From: a bacterium
Lineage (GTDB): Bacteria > Vulcanimicrobiota > Vulcanimicrobiia > Vulcanimicrobiales > SCRA01
DNA length: 64,000 nt
NCBI GenBank assembly: GCA_004297985.1
Contig: SCRA01000017.1
Location: forward strand, 28,941-92,940
Direction: 5' to 3'
Translations under genes and position numbers: made by a program
Notes under the pieces: generated by a model
The model's input: only the letters and a program-made list of their open reading frames with translations
Told to the model about the DNA's origin: nothing
The model's database searches: none
Shown: one piece after another, positions 33,267-42,019 of the stretch
Layout of the letters: every line of letters begins with the position of its first letter
How positions within the stretch are numbered: the first letter of the stretch is position 1

Positions 33267-35489
33267 CTAGCCACGGCGGCGGCCGCCACCGCTTCCCGAG
33301 TGCTCGCGGCGCCCGCCACCACCACCGCGCTGGCTGGGCGGCGGGCCGACTTCCACGCTCTCGTCGATCGAGCCGTCGGCCAGGACGCCCTTGCGAGTGA
33401 GATTGATGCGGTTCTGCGCGTCGATCTCGATCACTTTGACCATGATCTCATCGCCGATGTTGACTTCATCCTCAACGCGCTCTACGCGCGAGGGTGAGAG
33501 CTGGCTGATGTGCACCAGGCCTTCCTTGCCCGGCAGAATCTGCACGAAGGCGCCGAAGTTCATGATGCGCGTGACGGTACCGAGGTAAACCTCGCCCGCC
33601 TTTATTTCCTTGGTCAGACTCTCGATGATCTTTTTGGCCTTCGCCGCCGATTCGCCGTCCGGCGAGGCGATGAAGATGCGACCGTCGTTCTCGATGTCGA
33701 TCTTGACGCCCGTCTCCGCGGTGATCTTGTTGATCATCTTGCCGCCGGGTCCGATGACGTCCTTGATCTTGTCGGGATTGATCTGAACGATGATCATCCG
33801 CGGCGCCCACGCGGAGAGGTCCTCATGGGGGCTGGAGATCGTCTCCTTGAGCTTGCCGATGATGAACTTACGCCCGGCGTTGGCCTGCTCGAGCGCCTTG
33901 CGCATGATCTCGAGCGTGATGCCCGAAACCTTGATGTCCATCTGGATCGCCGTGATCCCGTCCTCGGTACCTGCTACCTTGAAGTCCATCTCGCCCAAGG
34001 CGTCTTCGAGGCCCTGGATATCGGTCAGCACGCGCCAGTCCTTGCCATGCAGGATCAGGCCCATAGCCACCCCGCCGACGTGCTTCTTGATCGGCACACC
34101 CGCGTCCATCAGCGAGAGCGTGGAGCCGCAGACGCTGCCCATGGACGACGAGCCGTTGGACTCGAGCGTCTCCGACATGAGGCGCAGCGTGTAGGGGAAC
34201 TCGTCGATCGACGGCAGCACCGGCTCCAGCGCGCGCTCCGCGAGGTGGCCGTGGCCGATCTCACGGCGTCCGGGGCCGCGCATCGGGCGCGTCTCGCCTA
34301 CCGAGTATGGCGGGAAGTTGTAGAAGTGCATGTAGCGCTTGCCCTCGACATCCACGATCGTGTCGAGGCGCTGTGCGTCGCTCTTGCTGCCCAGCGTACA
34401 GATGGTCATGACCTGCGTCTGACCGCGGGTGAAGACGCCCGAGCCATGGACGCGCGGCAGGTAGCCGACCTTGCACCAGATGGGGCGGATCTCGTCGGGC
34501 TTGCGGCCGTCTGGGCGCAGGCCCTCGTCGACCACCATCGTGCGCAGCTCGCCCTCTTCCATCGCCTTGATGATGCGGTCGAAGTCCTTGCTGCTCTCGA
34601 GGAGGATTTTGAGCTCGTCGTAGTGCTTGGGCTTCTTGGCCTCGAGACGCTCGAGCGCGGCTTGCTTGGAGATGGCATCGAATGCTGCGTTGCGCTCCTG
34701 CTTGTCGACCACGCGCATGGCCTTGGCAACGTCCTTGGCGAACGTCTTGCGGACCCAGGTGTCGAGATCTTCGTTGGGCAGGAAGAGCGTGAACTCGCGC
34801 TTGGGCTTGCCGACCTTCTTCGCCAGCCCGTCGATCAGCGCGATGATCTCCTTGATGTGTTTGTGGCCGAACTCGACAGCGCCGAGGATCTGCTCCTCGC
34901 TGATCTCCTTGCCGCCGCCCTCCACCATCATCACGGCATCTTTGGTGCCGGCGACGACGATGTCCATCAGACCCTCTTCGATCTGAGCGATCGTGGGGTT
35001 GACGACGTATTCGCCGTCCACATACCCGACGCGCAGACCGGCGACGGTGTGCGGGAAGGGGATGTCGGAGAATGCGAGCGCGGCACCGGCTGCCACCTGA
35101 CCCAGCACGTCGGAGTCGACCTGCGGATCGTTGGCGAGCACGGTGACGATCACTTGGATCTCGTTGCGGAAGCCGTCGGGAAAGAGCGGGCGGATCGGAC
35201 GATCGATCTGACGCGCGCTCAGGATCGCGTGTTCGGTGGGGCGCCCCTCGCGCTTGATGTAGCCGCCGGGAATCTTGCCGGCGGAGTACATGCGCTCTTC
35301 GTAATCTACGGTGAGGGGGAAGAAGTCGATACCCTCGCGGGGGTTGTTGGAGGCGGTGACGGCGGCCAGGACGACGTTGTCGCCGAAGCGCACGAGCGCG
35401 CTTCCCCCGGCCTGCTTGGCAAGCTCACCAGTCTCGATGGTAAGCTTGCGCCCGCCCAGGTCCATGGAGACGGACAAGGGTTCAGACAC
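33267..35489 (-). CDS. pnp: Polyribonucleotide nucleotidyltransferase (PNPase)
   Basis: The protein is full length, with two RNase PH domains, a KH domain and an S1 domain (GEVYLGTVTRIMNFGAFVQILPGKEGLVHISQL). The GTG start lies behind AGGAG. It ends in an Arg/Gly-rich tail. Confidence 0.97.
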   Translation of the reverse strand: MSEPLSVSMDLGGRKLTIETGELAKQAGGSALVRFGDNVVLAAVTASNNPREGIDFFPLTVDYEERMYSAGKIPGGYIKREGRPTEHAILSARQIDRPIRPLFPDGFRNEIQVIVTVLANDPQVDSDVLGQVAAGAALAFSDIPFPHTVAGLRVGYVDGEYVVNPTIAQIEEGLMDIVVAGTKDAVMMVEGGGKEISEEQILGAVEFGHKHIKEIIALIDGLAKKVGKPKREFTLFLPNEDLDTWVRKTFAKDVAKAMRVVDKQERNAAFDAISKQAALERLEAKKPKHYDELKILLESSKDFDRIIKAMEEGELRTMVVDEGLRPDGRKPDEIRPIWCKVGYLPRVHGSGVFTRGQTQVMTICTLGSKSDAQRLDTIVDVEGKRYMHFYNFPPYSVGETRPMRGPGRREIGHGHLAERALEPVLPSIDEFPYTLRLMSETLESNGSSSMGSVCGSTLSLMDAGVPIKKHVGGVAMGLILHGKDWRVLTDIQGLEDALGEMDFKVAGTEDGITAIQMDIKVSGITLEIMRKALEQANAGRKFIIGKLKETISSPHEDLSAWAPRMIIVQINPDKIKDVIGPGGKMINKITAETGVKIDIENDGRIFIASPDGESAAKAKKIIESLTKEIKAGEVYLGTVTRIMNFGAFVQILPGKEGLVHISQLSPSRVERVEDEVNIGDEIMVKVIEIDAQNRINLTRKGVLADGSIDESVEVGPPPSQRGGGGGRREHSGSGGGRRRG

Positions 35490-35507
35490 GAAATTCTCCT
35501 ACTGCGG

Positions 35508-35526
35508 TGCCGGGCCACGCCCGGCA
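35508..35526 (-). promoter_or_regulatory. Hairpin in the rpsO-pnp intergenic leader (TGCCGGGC-GTG-GCCCGGCA)
   Basis: An 8-bp perfect stem lies 19 nt upstream of the pnp GTG on the coding strand. Its position is analogous to the structured pnp leaders used for RNase III/PNPase autoregulation in other bacteria. Confidence 0.4.
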
Positions 35527-35611
35527 TGATGCGATTGCGTTTGGTTCAAACGGGGCGCGCTTCGACGCGCGGGCATAAAGCCCTTGGCGGAGGCGCCCCG
35601 CGACCCGTGCG

Positions 35612-35881
35612 CTAGCGGCGCAGACCCAGCTCGGCGATCAGCGAGCGGTACTTCTCGAGATTGGTGTGCTGCAGGTAGTTGAGCAGGCGGCGGCGCTGGC
35701 CCACTTGCATGAGCAGACCACGGCGGCTGTGATGATCCTTCTTGTGGATCTTCAGATGCTCGTTGAGGTGGTTGATGGAGTCGGTCAGCATCGCGATCTG
35801 AACGGAGGCGGAACCCGTGTCCGTCGCCGATGCGCCAAACTTCTCGACGATCTCGTGCTTACGCTCTTTGGTCAGCGGCAC
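35612..35881 (-). CDS. rpsO: 30S ribosomal protein S15
   Basis: The 89-aa product from GTG 35881 behind GAGGAG reads [14 protein letters not shown]...[29 protein letters not shown]. The rest of the 309-aa ORF-track entry is spurious. Confidence 0.95.
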   Translation of the reverse strand: MPLTKERKHEIVEKFGASATDTGSASVQIAMLTDSINHLNEHLKIHKKDHHSRRGLLMQVGQRRRLLNYLQHTNLEKYRSLIAELGLRR

Positions 35882-35973
35882 TCTGGTATGCTCCTCATTC
35901 AAGGATAGGCTCGCTTCGGCTCCAGGCCTCCCGCGCAAGCGCGCAGCGGGTTGTCCGGGCCGGCGACCGTAGC

Positions 35974-36002
35974 AGTATAGCCGTTCAGGCCTCGCCGCGC
36001 AA
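35974..36002 (-). promoter_or_regulatory. Candidate rpsO promoter (TTGCGC-17 nt-TATACT on the minus strand)
   Basis: The reverse complement of 35997-36002 is TTGCGC and that of 35974-35979 is TATACT, with 17-nt spacing. The pair lies about 95 nt upstream of the rpsO start. Confidence 0.35.
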
Positions 36003-36254
36003 GGCCCGGCGCAGCGCTTCGGCGAGAGCCTCCAGCGCCGGGGTGGACTCACCGAGAGCTTGAAGATCGGCCAAGGCCTCGCGTGCCGCCTGCGGGGGAA
36101 GGGCATCCAGGACGATGGTTCCCTCCAAGGCATGATCGAATTGCTCGATGGCGCGCTTTGCCATATTCGCTTGGCCGAACGAATACGCATGGTGGGCTGC
36201 ATTGCCGAGCGTTTTCTGCTCGTTCTCGAGCCATCGGCGGTATGCGTTGAGCAT
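35985..36254 (-). CDS. Hypothetical helical protein (89 aa)
   Basis: It has an ATG start and coding-like codon usage ([45 protein letters not shown]...). I recognise no family and see no clear RBS. Confidence 0.4.
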   Translation of the reverse strand: MLNAYRRWLENEQKTLGNAAHHAYSFGQANMAKRAIEQFDHALEGTIVLDALPPQAAREALADLQALGESTPALEALAEALRRALRGEA

Positions 36255-36311
36255 CGTGGGGGATGCATTCCGCGTAGGGCCGTGTCAGCCTGCGGCGAAA
36301 ACGTGGCCTGT

Positions 36312-36674
36312 ATGTCTGGGTATGTGCGCGTCGCGGCCGTTGACGACCTCCCCGAGGGCGAGGGGATGGCGGTGAAAGTCGGGGGGCGGTCGGTCGCCCT
36401 CTTCCACACGGACAGCGGCTGGTTCGCGCTCGACGACACCTGCCCCCACCAGGGCATGCCTCTCTCGGAGGGCTGGCTCGACGGGGAGACCGTTACCTGC
36501 GCGTGGCACGCCTGGAACTTCGACCTGAGGACGGGGGCCATGGCGCTCGGCGCAGTTGAAGGTGTTGCCGCTTACGACGTGCGAGTGGATGGGGGAGACG
36601 TACTCGTTGCATCGCGCCAGGCGCGGCCGAGCGGCGCATCCGCCGGGAAGGACTTGCCCACCGGGCATCGGTAA
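36312..36674 (+). CDS. Rieske [2Fe-2S] domain protein (NirD-like small ferredoxin)
   Basis: The CxH...CxxH ligands are present (CPHQGMPL ... CAWHAWNF). I chose ATG 36312; the upstream codons of the ORF track overlap the opposite-strand ORF. Confidence 0.8.
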   Translation: MSGYVRVAAVDDLPEGEGMAVKVGGRSVALFHTDSGWFALDDTCPHQGMPLSEGWLDGETVTCAWHAWNFDLRTGAMALGAVEGVAAYDVRVDGGDVLVASRQARPSGASAGKDLPTGHR

Positions 36675-36751
36675 GAGAGGCGGCTGCGTCGCCAGGACCG
36701 AGTCCGGTGGCGTTCGTCATCTTAGAGGAGGGGGCAATCGGAGTGCAAGGG

Positions 36752-37309
36752 ATGGTTGGAAAGCACGTGGCCGTCTTGGTCGGCGACGGGTTCGAGGAGA
36801 TCGAGGTGACCGAGCCCAAGCGCGCGCTCGAAGAGGCTGGGGCCACGGTGACCATCGTGGGGCCGAACGAGGAGTCGAAGAGCCGCGGTCTGCGCGGCCG
36901 GCGAGGCCTCGAGGCCGCCGGGACCCTGCAAGCCGATGTCGCCGTCGATGAAGTCGCAGCGCAGGACTTCGATGCCGCGCTCGTGCCCGGCGGTGTGAGT
37001 CCGGACCGCATCCGCACCCACAAGGGTATCCTCAAGCTGGTGAAGGAGCTGGACAACGAGCGCAAGCCGATCGCCACAATCGGCCACGGTGCGCAGGTGC
37101 TCATCTCGGCGCAGATTGTGCGTGGCCGAACCCTCACGGGCGCGCCCTCGATCGCCGATGATATCCGCAACGCTGGGGGTCTCTACCGCGACCAGCCGGC
37201 GGTCCAAGAGGGAAACTGGGTAACCTGTCGCAGCGCGAACGACCTCGACCACTTCGAGCGCGCCTTCCTGGAGAAGCTGGCGCAGTTCCAAGGGCAGCCG
37301 CTCATGTAA
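36752..37309 (+). CDS. DJ-1/PfpI-family protein lacking the nucleophile cysteine
   Basis: The family pattern is present (KHVAVLVGDGFEEIEVTEP ... ALVPGG ... PIATIGHGAQVLISAQIVRGRTLTG). The expected C-H dyad reads G-H (GGC at 37082-37084). ATG 36752 lies behind GGAG. Confidence 0.85.
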   Translation: MVGKHVAVLVGDGFEEIEVTEPKRALEEAGATVTIVGPNEESKSRGLRGRRGLEAAGTLQADVAVDEVAAQDFDAALVPGGVSPDRIRTHKGILKLVKELDNERKPIATIGHGAQVLISAQIVRGRTLTGAPSIADDIRNAGGLYRDQPAVQEGNWVTCRSANDLDHFERAFLEKLAQFQGQPLM

Positions 37310-37389
37310 TGCCCCGCCCGAAGCCATCGAAAGCATGGGCCCTTAGCCTGAGCACTGTAGCGAATCAGCGCCGTTGCAGCTAATATAGG

Positions 37390-37434
37390 GCATATACGCT
37401 CCAGAAATCCTTGTGAATTTTGCCGCATATATGC
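37390..37434. promoter_or_regulatory. Two copies of palindrome GCATATA(T/C)GC, candidate HipB operators
   Basis: GCATATACGC lies at 37390-37399 and the perfect palindrome GCATATATGC at 37425-37434, the latter in the spacer of the hipB promoter. The centres are 35 bp apart. Confidence 0.4.
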
Positions 37435-37440
37435 TACAAT
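37411..37440 (+). promoter_or_regulatory. Candidate hipBA promoter (TTGTGA-18 nt-TACAAT)
   Basis: TTGTGA lies at 37411-37416 and TACAAT at 37435-37440 in an AT-richer stretch. The hipB ATG (37450) follows 9 nt after the -10 box with no RBS. Confidence 0.5.
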
Positions 37441-37449
37441 ATCCGTGAC

Positions 37450-37740
37450 ATGAGGCTTATTAGCAACGTTTCTGATATCGGGGCGGTGCTACGGGACCGA
37501 CGCAAGGAACTCGGTAAGAGCGCCGCTGCCGTGTCCGAGGCGCTAGGCATCCCGCGCTCGACGCTCGCTCGGGTGGAGTCTGGGCGAACGAGCCCAAGTT
37601 GGGGGCTCGTGCTCGGGTTGAGCCAGGCACTCGACCTGCAACCAGTCTTAGTCCCGCGCGAGCGGATGACTGCGGTAGAGACCGTGGTCAAAATGAGTGA
37701 CGCTCCCGAAACTCCGCCGCTGGCCGGCGAAGAGTGGTAG
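37450..37740 (+). CDS. hipB: XRE-family HTH antitoxin (HipB-like)
   Basis: The HTH reads LRDRRKELGKSAAAVSEALGIPRSTLARVESGRTSPSWGLVLGLSQAL. The 3' end overlaps hipA by 7 nt. TTG 37420 is rejected as a start because it lies inside the promoter. Confidence 0.8.
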   Translation: MRLISNVSDIGAVLRDRRKELGKSAAAVSEALGIPRSTLARVESGRTSPSWGLVLGLSQALDLQPVLVPRERMTAVETVVKMSDAPETPPLAGEEW

Positions 37741-39023
37741 CCGTGGCTAACCCAACGGCGCTGCAGATCTATCTCCGCGAAATACTTGTGGGCAGTATCG
37801 TAGCGCTGCGCGGTCGCGAGACGGTGTTCACGTTCGACGACACCTACGTAGAGAACGACGAGCGCCCGACGTTGACGCAAGGGTTTATCGACGCTTACGG
37901 TCGCCTACGCGTCCGCCCCGGTCGCGTGGGCCGCATCATTCCGTTCTTCGCGAATCTCTTGCCCGAAGGTGATCTGCGCGCATACATCAGTGAACGCGCG
38001 GGCATCGATCGGCGCGATGACCTGGCGTTGCTTTGGCTGACGGGGAGCGACTTGCCGGGTGCCGTTACCGCTCGGGATCCGGAAGGCCGTCCGGTGCCTC
38101 CGGTGACTGCCGGAGGTCCGGAAATTACGCCTCCCGCCGATCGTCTCTTTCGGTTTTCGCTCGCGGGCGTTCAACTGAAGTTCAGTGCGATGCACAACGC
38201 GACTGGAGGCCTAACGATTCCCGTGTCCGGACGCGGCGGTGACTACATCGTGAAGCTGCCCTCGACACATTTCCAGCGCGTGCCGGAAAACGAACATGAG
38301 ATCATGCGATTCGCCGCGGACGTCGGCCTCGATGTTCCGAAATGCCGCCTTGTCGATCTCGACGAGATAGACGGATTGCCTACGGATATTCCACCGATGA
38401 CCGAAACCAAGGCGTTCGTCATTCGCCGCTTCGATCGTAACGACGGCGAAGATCGACTTCACATTGAAGACTTTAATCAGGTCTATCGCCAGTATCCGAG
38501 CAACAAGTACGACAATCACGATTATAACGAAATGGCCCGGGACATTTACCGATGGATGGGGCTCGAGGCGATGCAGGACTTCGTCCACCGCCTCGTGTTT
38601 TCCATGGCTACGGGAAACACAGATATGCACCTGAAGAATTGGTCGCTTATCTATCGCGATACGCGTGCGCCTGCGCTTGCGCCGGTGTACGACTACCTCT
38701 GCACGAGTGCGTACGCGATATCTGGGCGCAACGAGTTAGCCTTGAGCCTCGGCGGAGTGAAGGCGTTTTCAATGATCGACGATGACACGTTTGATCGCTT
38801 CGCGAAACGTGCGGATGTATCGTCGCGCATTGTCCTTACGGCCGCGCATGAAATGCGCGAGCGCATCCTCGATGCGTGGCCACAGTTGCGTGCGCGTCTA
38901 GGCGATGAGTTGCCGTTTGTTTACGAGAGGGTCGATCATCTGCTCGCGTCCATCCCATTCTTCAGAAAGACGCGCGCGCACGGGGCGCCTGCCGAGGCGC
39001 GCGCGCATGAAGAAGTGATCTAG
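37734..39023 (+). CDS. hipA: HipA-family serine/threonine kinase toxin
   Basis: The HipA N-terminal coupling region is present (FFANLLPEG, FSLAGVQLKFS), as is the kinase core (GGDYIVKLPS, catalytic TDMHLKNWSLIY). G+C is lower than in the flanks. Confidence 0.9.
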   Translation: MVAVANPTALQIYLREILVGSIVALRGRETVFTFDDTYVENDERPTLTQGFIDAYGRLRVRPGRVGRIIPFFANLLPEGDLRAYISERAGIDRRDDLALLWLTGSDLPGAVTARDPEGRPVPPVTAGGPEITPPADRLFRFSLAGVQLKFSAMHNATGGLTIPVSGRGGDYIVKLPSTHFQRVPENEHEIMRFAADVGLDVPKCRLVDLDEIDGLPTDIPPMTETKAFVIRRFDRNDGEDRLHIEDFNQVYRQYPSNKYDNHDYNEMARDIYRWMGLEAMQDFVHRLVFSMATGNTDMHLKNWSLIYRDTRAPALAPVYDYLCTSAYAISGRNELALSLGGVKAFSMIDDDTFDRFAKRADVSSRIVLTAAHEMRERILDAWPQLRARLGDELPFVYERVDHLLASIPFFRKTRAHGAPAEARAHEEVI

Positions 39024-39703
39024 GGCAGGCTGCACCGCCTGCTGGAGCCGTAGTACTCGAAGGCGGCGAGGTGCTCGCCTAGCCGGCGCAATGAGTAGTA
39101 GAGCAGGATGGCCGTGAGCGCGAGCGTCGCCGGCGCGGCGTAGGGTGCGGGGAGCGTTGCCGCCGTGCCGATCAACAGGGCCACCAGCGCGCAGGGGATG
39201 GCCAACAGCGGGCTGAGCGCCGCTGGCATGCGCAGGTCCCACGCCAAGGTCAACGGCGTGCAGATGGCCATCGAGGCGAGGCCGATGAAGAGCAGCGCAA
39301 GCGCGGCGGCGGGGCTTGGGCGGAGCTCGAAGAGCGAGGCGGCATAGGCTGCGGCCACGACGGGCACCGCACGCAGCGCGGCGGCCAGCACCTTGGCGCG
39401 CGCCAGCTCGCGTCCGAAGAGTGGTGCTGCGAGCCACAGCGTGACCAGCGCGCCCTCGCGGCGCAGCGTGCGGATGGCGGCGACGACGGCGGCCAGCGCC
39501 CCCGCGCCCGCGAGGGCGTACGGGTAGAGAAGCGCGAGATCACCAGGGAGTTTCCCCAACCAGGCGCAGGAGAGCGCGGCCACGGCCGCGGCCAACGCCG
39601 TTGCCAGCCAGCCGTCGGCGGAACGCCGCCAGATCGTGGTCTCCGCACGCACCAGGGCCCACGTAGCGGCTCCCCCCCGCGCACGCAGCGCTCGGCGCTT
39701 CAC
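39020..39703 (-). CDS. Polytopic membrane protein, probable partner of the upstream degenerate ABC ATPase
   Basis: It has about six hydrophobic segments. The GTG start overlaps the ATPase stop (GTGA). The size pairing (~200-aa NBD plus ~225-aa membrane protein) recalls CcmAB/ABC-2 exporters, but I recognise no family motif. Confidence 0.6.
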   Translation of the reverse strand: MKRRALRARGGAATWALVRAETTIWRRSADGWLATALAAAVAALSCAWLGKLPGDLALLYPYALAGAGALAAVVAAIRTLRREGALVTLWLAAPLFGRELARAKVLAAALRAVPVVAAAYAASLFELRPSPAAALALLFIGLASMAICTPLTLAWDLRMPAALSPLLAIPCALVALLIGTAATLPAPYAAPATLALTAILLYYSLRRLGEHLAAFEYYGSSRRCSLP

Positions 39704-40305
39704 GGTGTCCCTCCGGCGGCGGCTGACAGCGTCCCCAAGGCCACCACACGCGCGTGCAGGCGCTGGGCGACCACTCCGTCGCGCGTCGCGATGATCGTTG
39801 CACCGCCCTCACGCACGGTCTCGGCGGCGGCGCGCTCGACGGCCTCGAGGTCCTCTGTGGGCCAGGCGCGCGGCTCGTCGATCAAGAGCAGCGAGGGCAG
39901 GTGGAGCATCGCGCCCAGCAGGCGCGTTCGGCGCGGGGAGGCGTCGTCGCGCAGCCAGGAGAGCGCTTCGGCGCGTTCCACGAACTGCTGCTCCGAGAGG
40001 CCGTAGATCTCGGCCAGCAGACGAAGGTACTCGTCCGCGGTCAGCGGGGCGACGCCGGGCGCTTCCTGCGGAACGTAGCCAACCCGGCGCTTGGCCTGTG
40101 CAGGCTGATAGTACATGTCGAAGCCGCCGATGGAGAGGGAGCCGGCGTCGGGGCGCAGGAGGCCGGCGATCAAGGCCAGGAGCGTGCTCTTGCCGCTGCC
40201 CGGCGGCCCCACGAAGGCCAGACGCTCTCCGGGGACGACGTCGAGCGTGAGGGCGTCGATGATGCGCCGCCCCGCCACGCTCTTCGAGAGACCGGCAATG
40301 TGCAA
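39700..40305 (-). CDS. ABC-type ATP-binding protein with degenerate signature and H-loop
   Basis: Walker A (GPPGSGKST), Q-loop (VPQE) and Walker B (LLLIDEP) are present. LSGGQ is replaced by ASPRRTR and the H-loop His by Arg (IIATRDG). The TTG start lies 2 nt after the upstream stop. Confidence 0.8.
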   Translation of the reverse strand: MHIAGLSKSVAGRRIIDALTLDVVPGERLAFVGPPGSGKSTLLALIAGLLRPDAGSLSIGGFDMYYQPAQAKRRVGYVPQEAPGVAPLTADEYLRLLAEIYGLSEQQFVERAEALSWLRDDASPRRTRLLGAMLHLPSLLLIDEPRAWPTEDLEAVERAAAETVREGGATIIATRDGVVAQRLHARVVALGTLSAAAGGTP

Positions 40306-40307
40306 CG

Positions 40308-41093
40308 TCAGAGGATCCTCGCCAGGAAGCTGCGCGTGCGCTCGTGCTTGGGATTAGCCAGCACTTCCGCGGGCGGCCCCTGCTCTACCACTACGCCGCC
40401 GTCCATAAAGACGACGCGGTCGCCGACTTCGCGCGCGAACTGCATCTCGTGCGTGACGACGATCATCGTCATGCCGTCGTGTGCCAATTGACGCATGACG
40501 GCCAGCACCTCGCCCACCAGCTCGGGATCGAGCGCGCTCGTGGGCTCGTCGAAGAGCATCAGCTTGGGCTCCATCGCCAAGGCACGCGCGATGGCGACGC
40601 GCTGTTGCTGCCCTCCCGAAAGCTGTGCGGGGTAGGCATCGGCCTTCTCGGCCAAGCCGACGCGCTCGAGCAAACGGCGTGCGCGCTCGACGGCCTTGCC
40701 GCGCGGCACTCGCTTGACGAGCATCGGCGCCTCGATCACGTTCTGCAGTGCCGTCATGTGCGGGAAGAGATTGAAGCGCTGAAAGACCATGCCGATCTCG
40801 GCGCGGCGTTGAGCGAGTTCGTGCTCGTGGAGCTCGTAGAGTGTGGTACCCACCTGGCGGTATCCCACGAGCTCGCCGTCGACCCAGATGCGCCCCGCGT
40901 TGATCTGCTCGAGGTGGTTGATGCAGCGCAGGAACGTCGACTTTCCCGAGCCCGAGGGGCCGATGAGCATCATCACCTCGCGCGGCTGGACCTCCAAGTC
41001 GATGCCGCGCAACACCTCCAAGCGGCCGAAGCGCTTGTGGACGCTTTCGGCGCGCACCATCGGACGCGTGGCCTGGGGCATTGGCGCGCTCAT
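40308..41093 (-). CDS. Polar amino acid ABC transporter ATP-binding protein (GlnQ/HisP-type)
   Basis: It has [44 protein letters not shown] and VVTHEM. Confidence 0.95.
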   Translation of the reverse strand: MSAPMPQATRPMVRAESVHKRFGRLEVLRGIDLEVQPREVMMLIGPSGSGKSTFLRCINHLEQINAGRIWVDGELVGYRQVGTTLYELHEHELAQRRAEIGMVFQRFNLFPHMTALQNVIEAPMLVKRVPRGKAVERARRLLERVGLAEKADAYPAQLSGGQQQRVAIARALAMEPKLMLFDEPTSALDPELVGEVLAVMRQLAHDGMTMIVVTHEMQFAREVGDRVVFMDGGVVVEQGPPAEVLANPKHERTRSFLARIL

Positions 41094-42001
41094 CGGCGCA
41101 GCTTCATGAGATTACGCAGCACGGCCTGCCAGGGCGTCTCGCGCTCGGCGCGCGCGGTCCCACGCGCAAAGCGCTTCTCCACGTAGTACTGGCCGATGCT
41201 GGCCACCGTGGTGAGCAGCAAGTACCAGAGGCTGGCGACGACCAGCAGCTCGACGACGAACAGGTTGCTCGAGTAGATGTCGCTGGCGCGGCGCAACAGC
41301 TCGCCGAAGGTAACGACGGAGGCCAGCGACGAGGTCTTCAGCATCGAGATGAACTCGTTGCCGATGGGCGGGATGATGACGCGCATCGCTTGCGGCAGGA
41401 TGATGCGGCGCATCGTCTGGGCGGAGACCATGCCCAGTGCTTGGGCCGCCTCCACCTGCCCTTCGTCGACGGCCAGGATGCCGCCGCGCACGATCTCCGC
41501 CATGTAGGCGCCTTCGTTGAGGCCCAGTCCTAGCAGCGACGCCGCCAAGGGGGTCATGAACGCTACCATCGGCATCGAGAAGAAGATCACATCGGTGAAG
41601 GGGATGCCCAGCGCGAGATCGTGGAAGACGGCGGGCACGCCGTTGAACCAGAAGATGAGCTGGACCAGTACCGGGGTACCGCGGAAGAACCAGATGTAGA
41701 ACCCGCTGACGGCGGCGAGCACGGTGTTGCTCGACATCTTCATGACGGCAAAGAACACGCCGAGCACGATGCCGATGAGCATGGCGGCGATGGAGACGAA
41801 GATCGTATTGGCCAGCCCGCCGAGGATCAGCGGGTTGAGGAGGTACTGGCCCACGACCGCGGGATTGATGAAATGCGAGGAGGCACCGGCTGCGGCGAGC
41901 CAGGCCACCAAGAGCGCCACCACCCCGGCGAGGACGATTTGCCCGTAGCGGCGCACGGGCACGACGGTGAACGTCGTGCCGTGCTCTACGTCTGCTGCCA
42001 T
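41090..42001 (-). CDS. Polar amino acid ABC transporter permease (HisM/GlnP-type)
   Basis: The EAA-loop region is present ([50 protein letters not shown]). The stop overlaps the ATPase start. Confidence 0.9.
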   Translation of the reverse strand: MAADVEHGTTFTVVPVRRYGQIVLAGVVALLVAWLAAAGASSHFINPAVVGQYLLNPLILGGLANTIFVSIAAMLIGIVLGVFFAVMKMSSNTVLAAVSGFYIWFFRGTPVLVQLIFWFNGVPAVFHDLALGIPFTDVIFFSMPMVAFMTPLAASLLGLGLNEGAYMAEIVRGGILAVDEGQVEAAQALGMVSAQTMRRIILPQAMRVIIPPIGNEFISMLKTSSLASVVTFGELLRRASDIYSSNLFVVELLVVASLWYLLLTTVASIGQYYVEKRFARGTARAERETPWQAVLRNLMKLRR

Positions 42002-42019
42002 CAGACCACTCGATCTCCC

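Noticed and set aside
33510-35615. A 701-aa ORF on the + strand covering the whole pnp locus.
   Set aside because: It is antisense to an unmistakable full-length PNPase. Its product is repetitive (runs of DL, LE and GD) with no recognisable domain.
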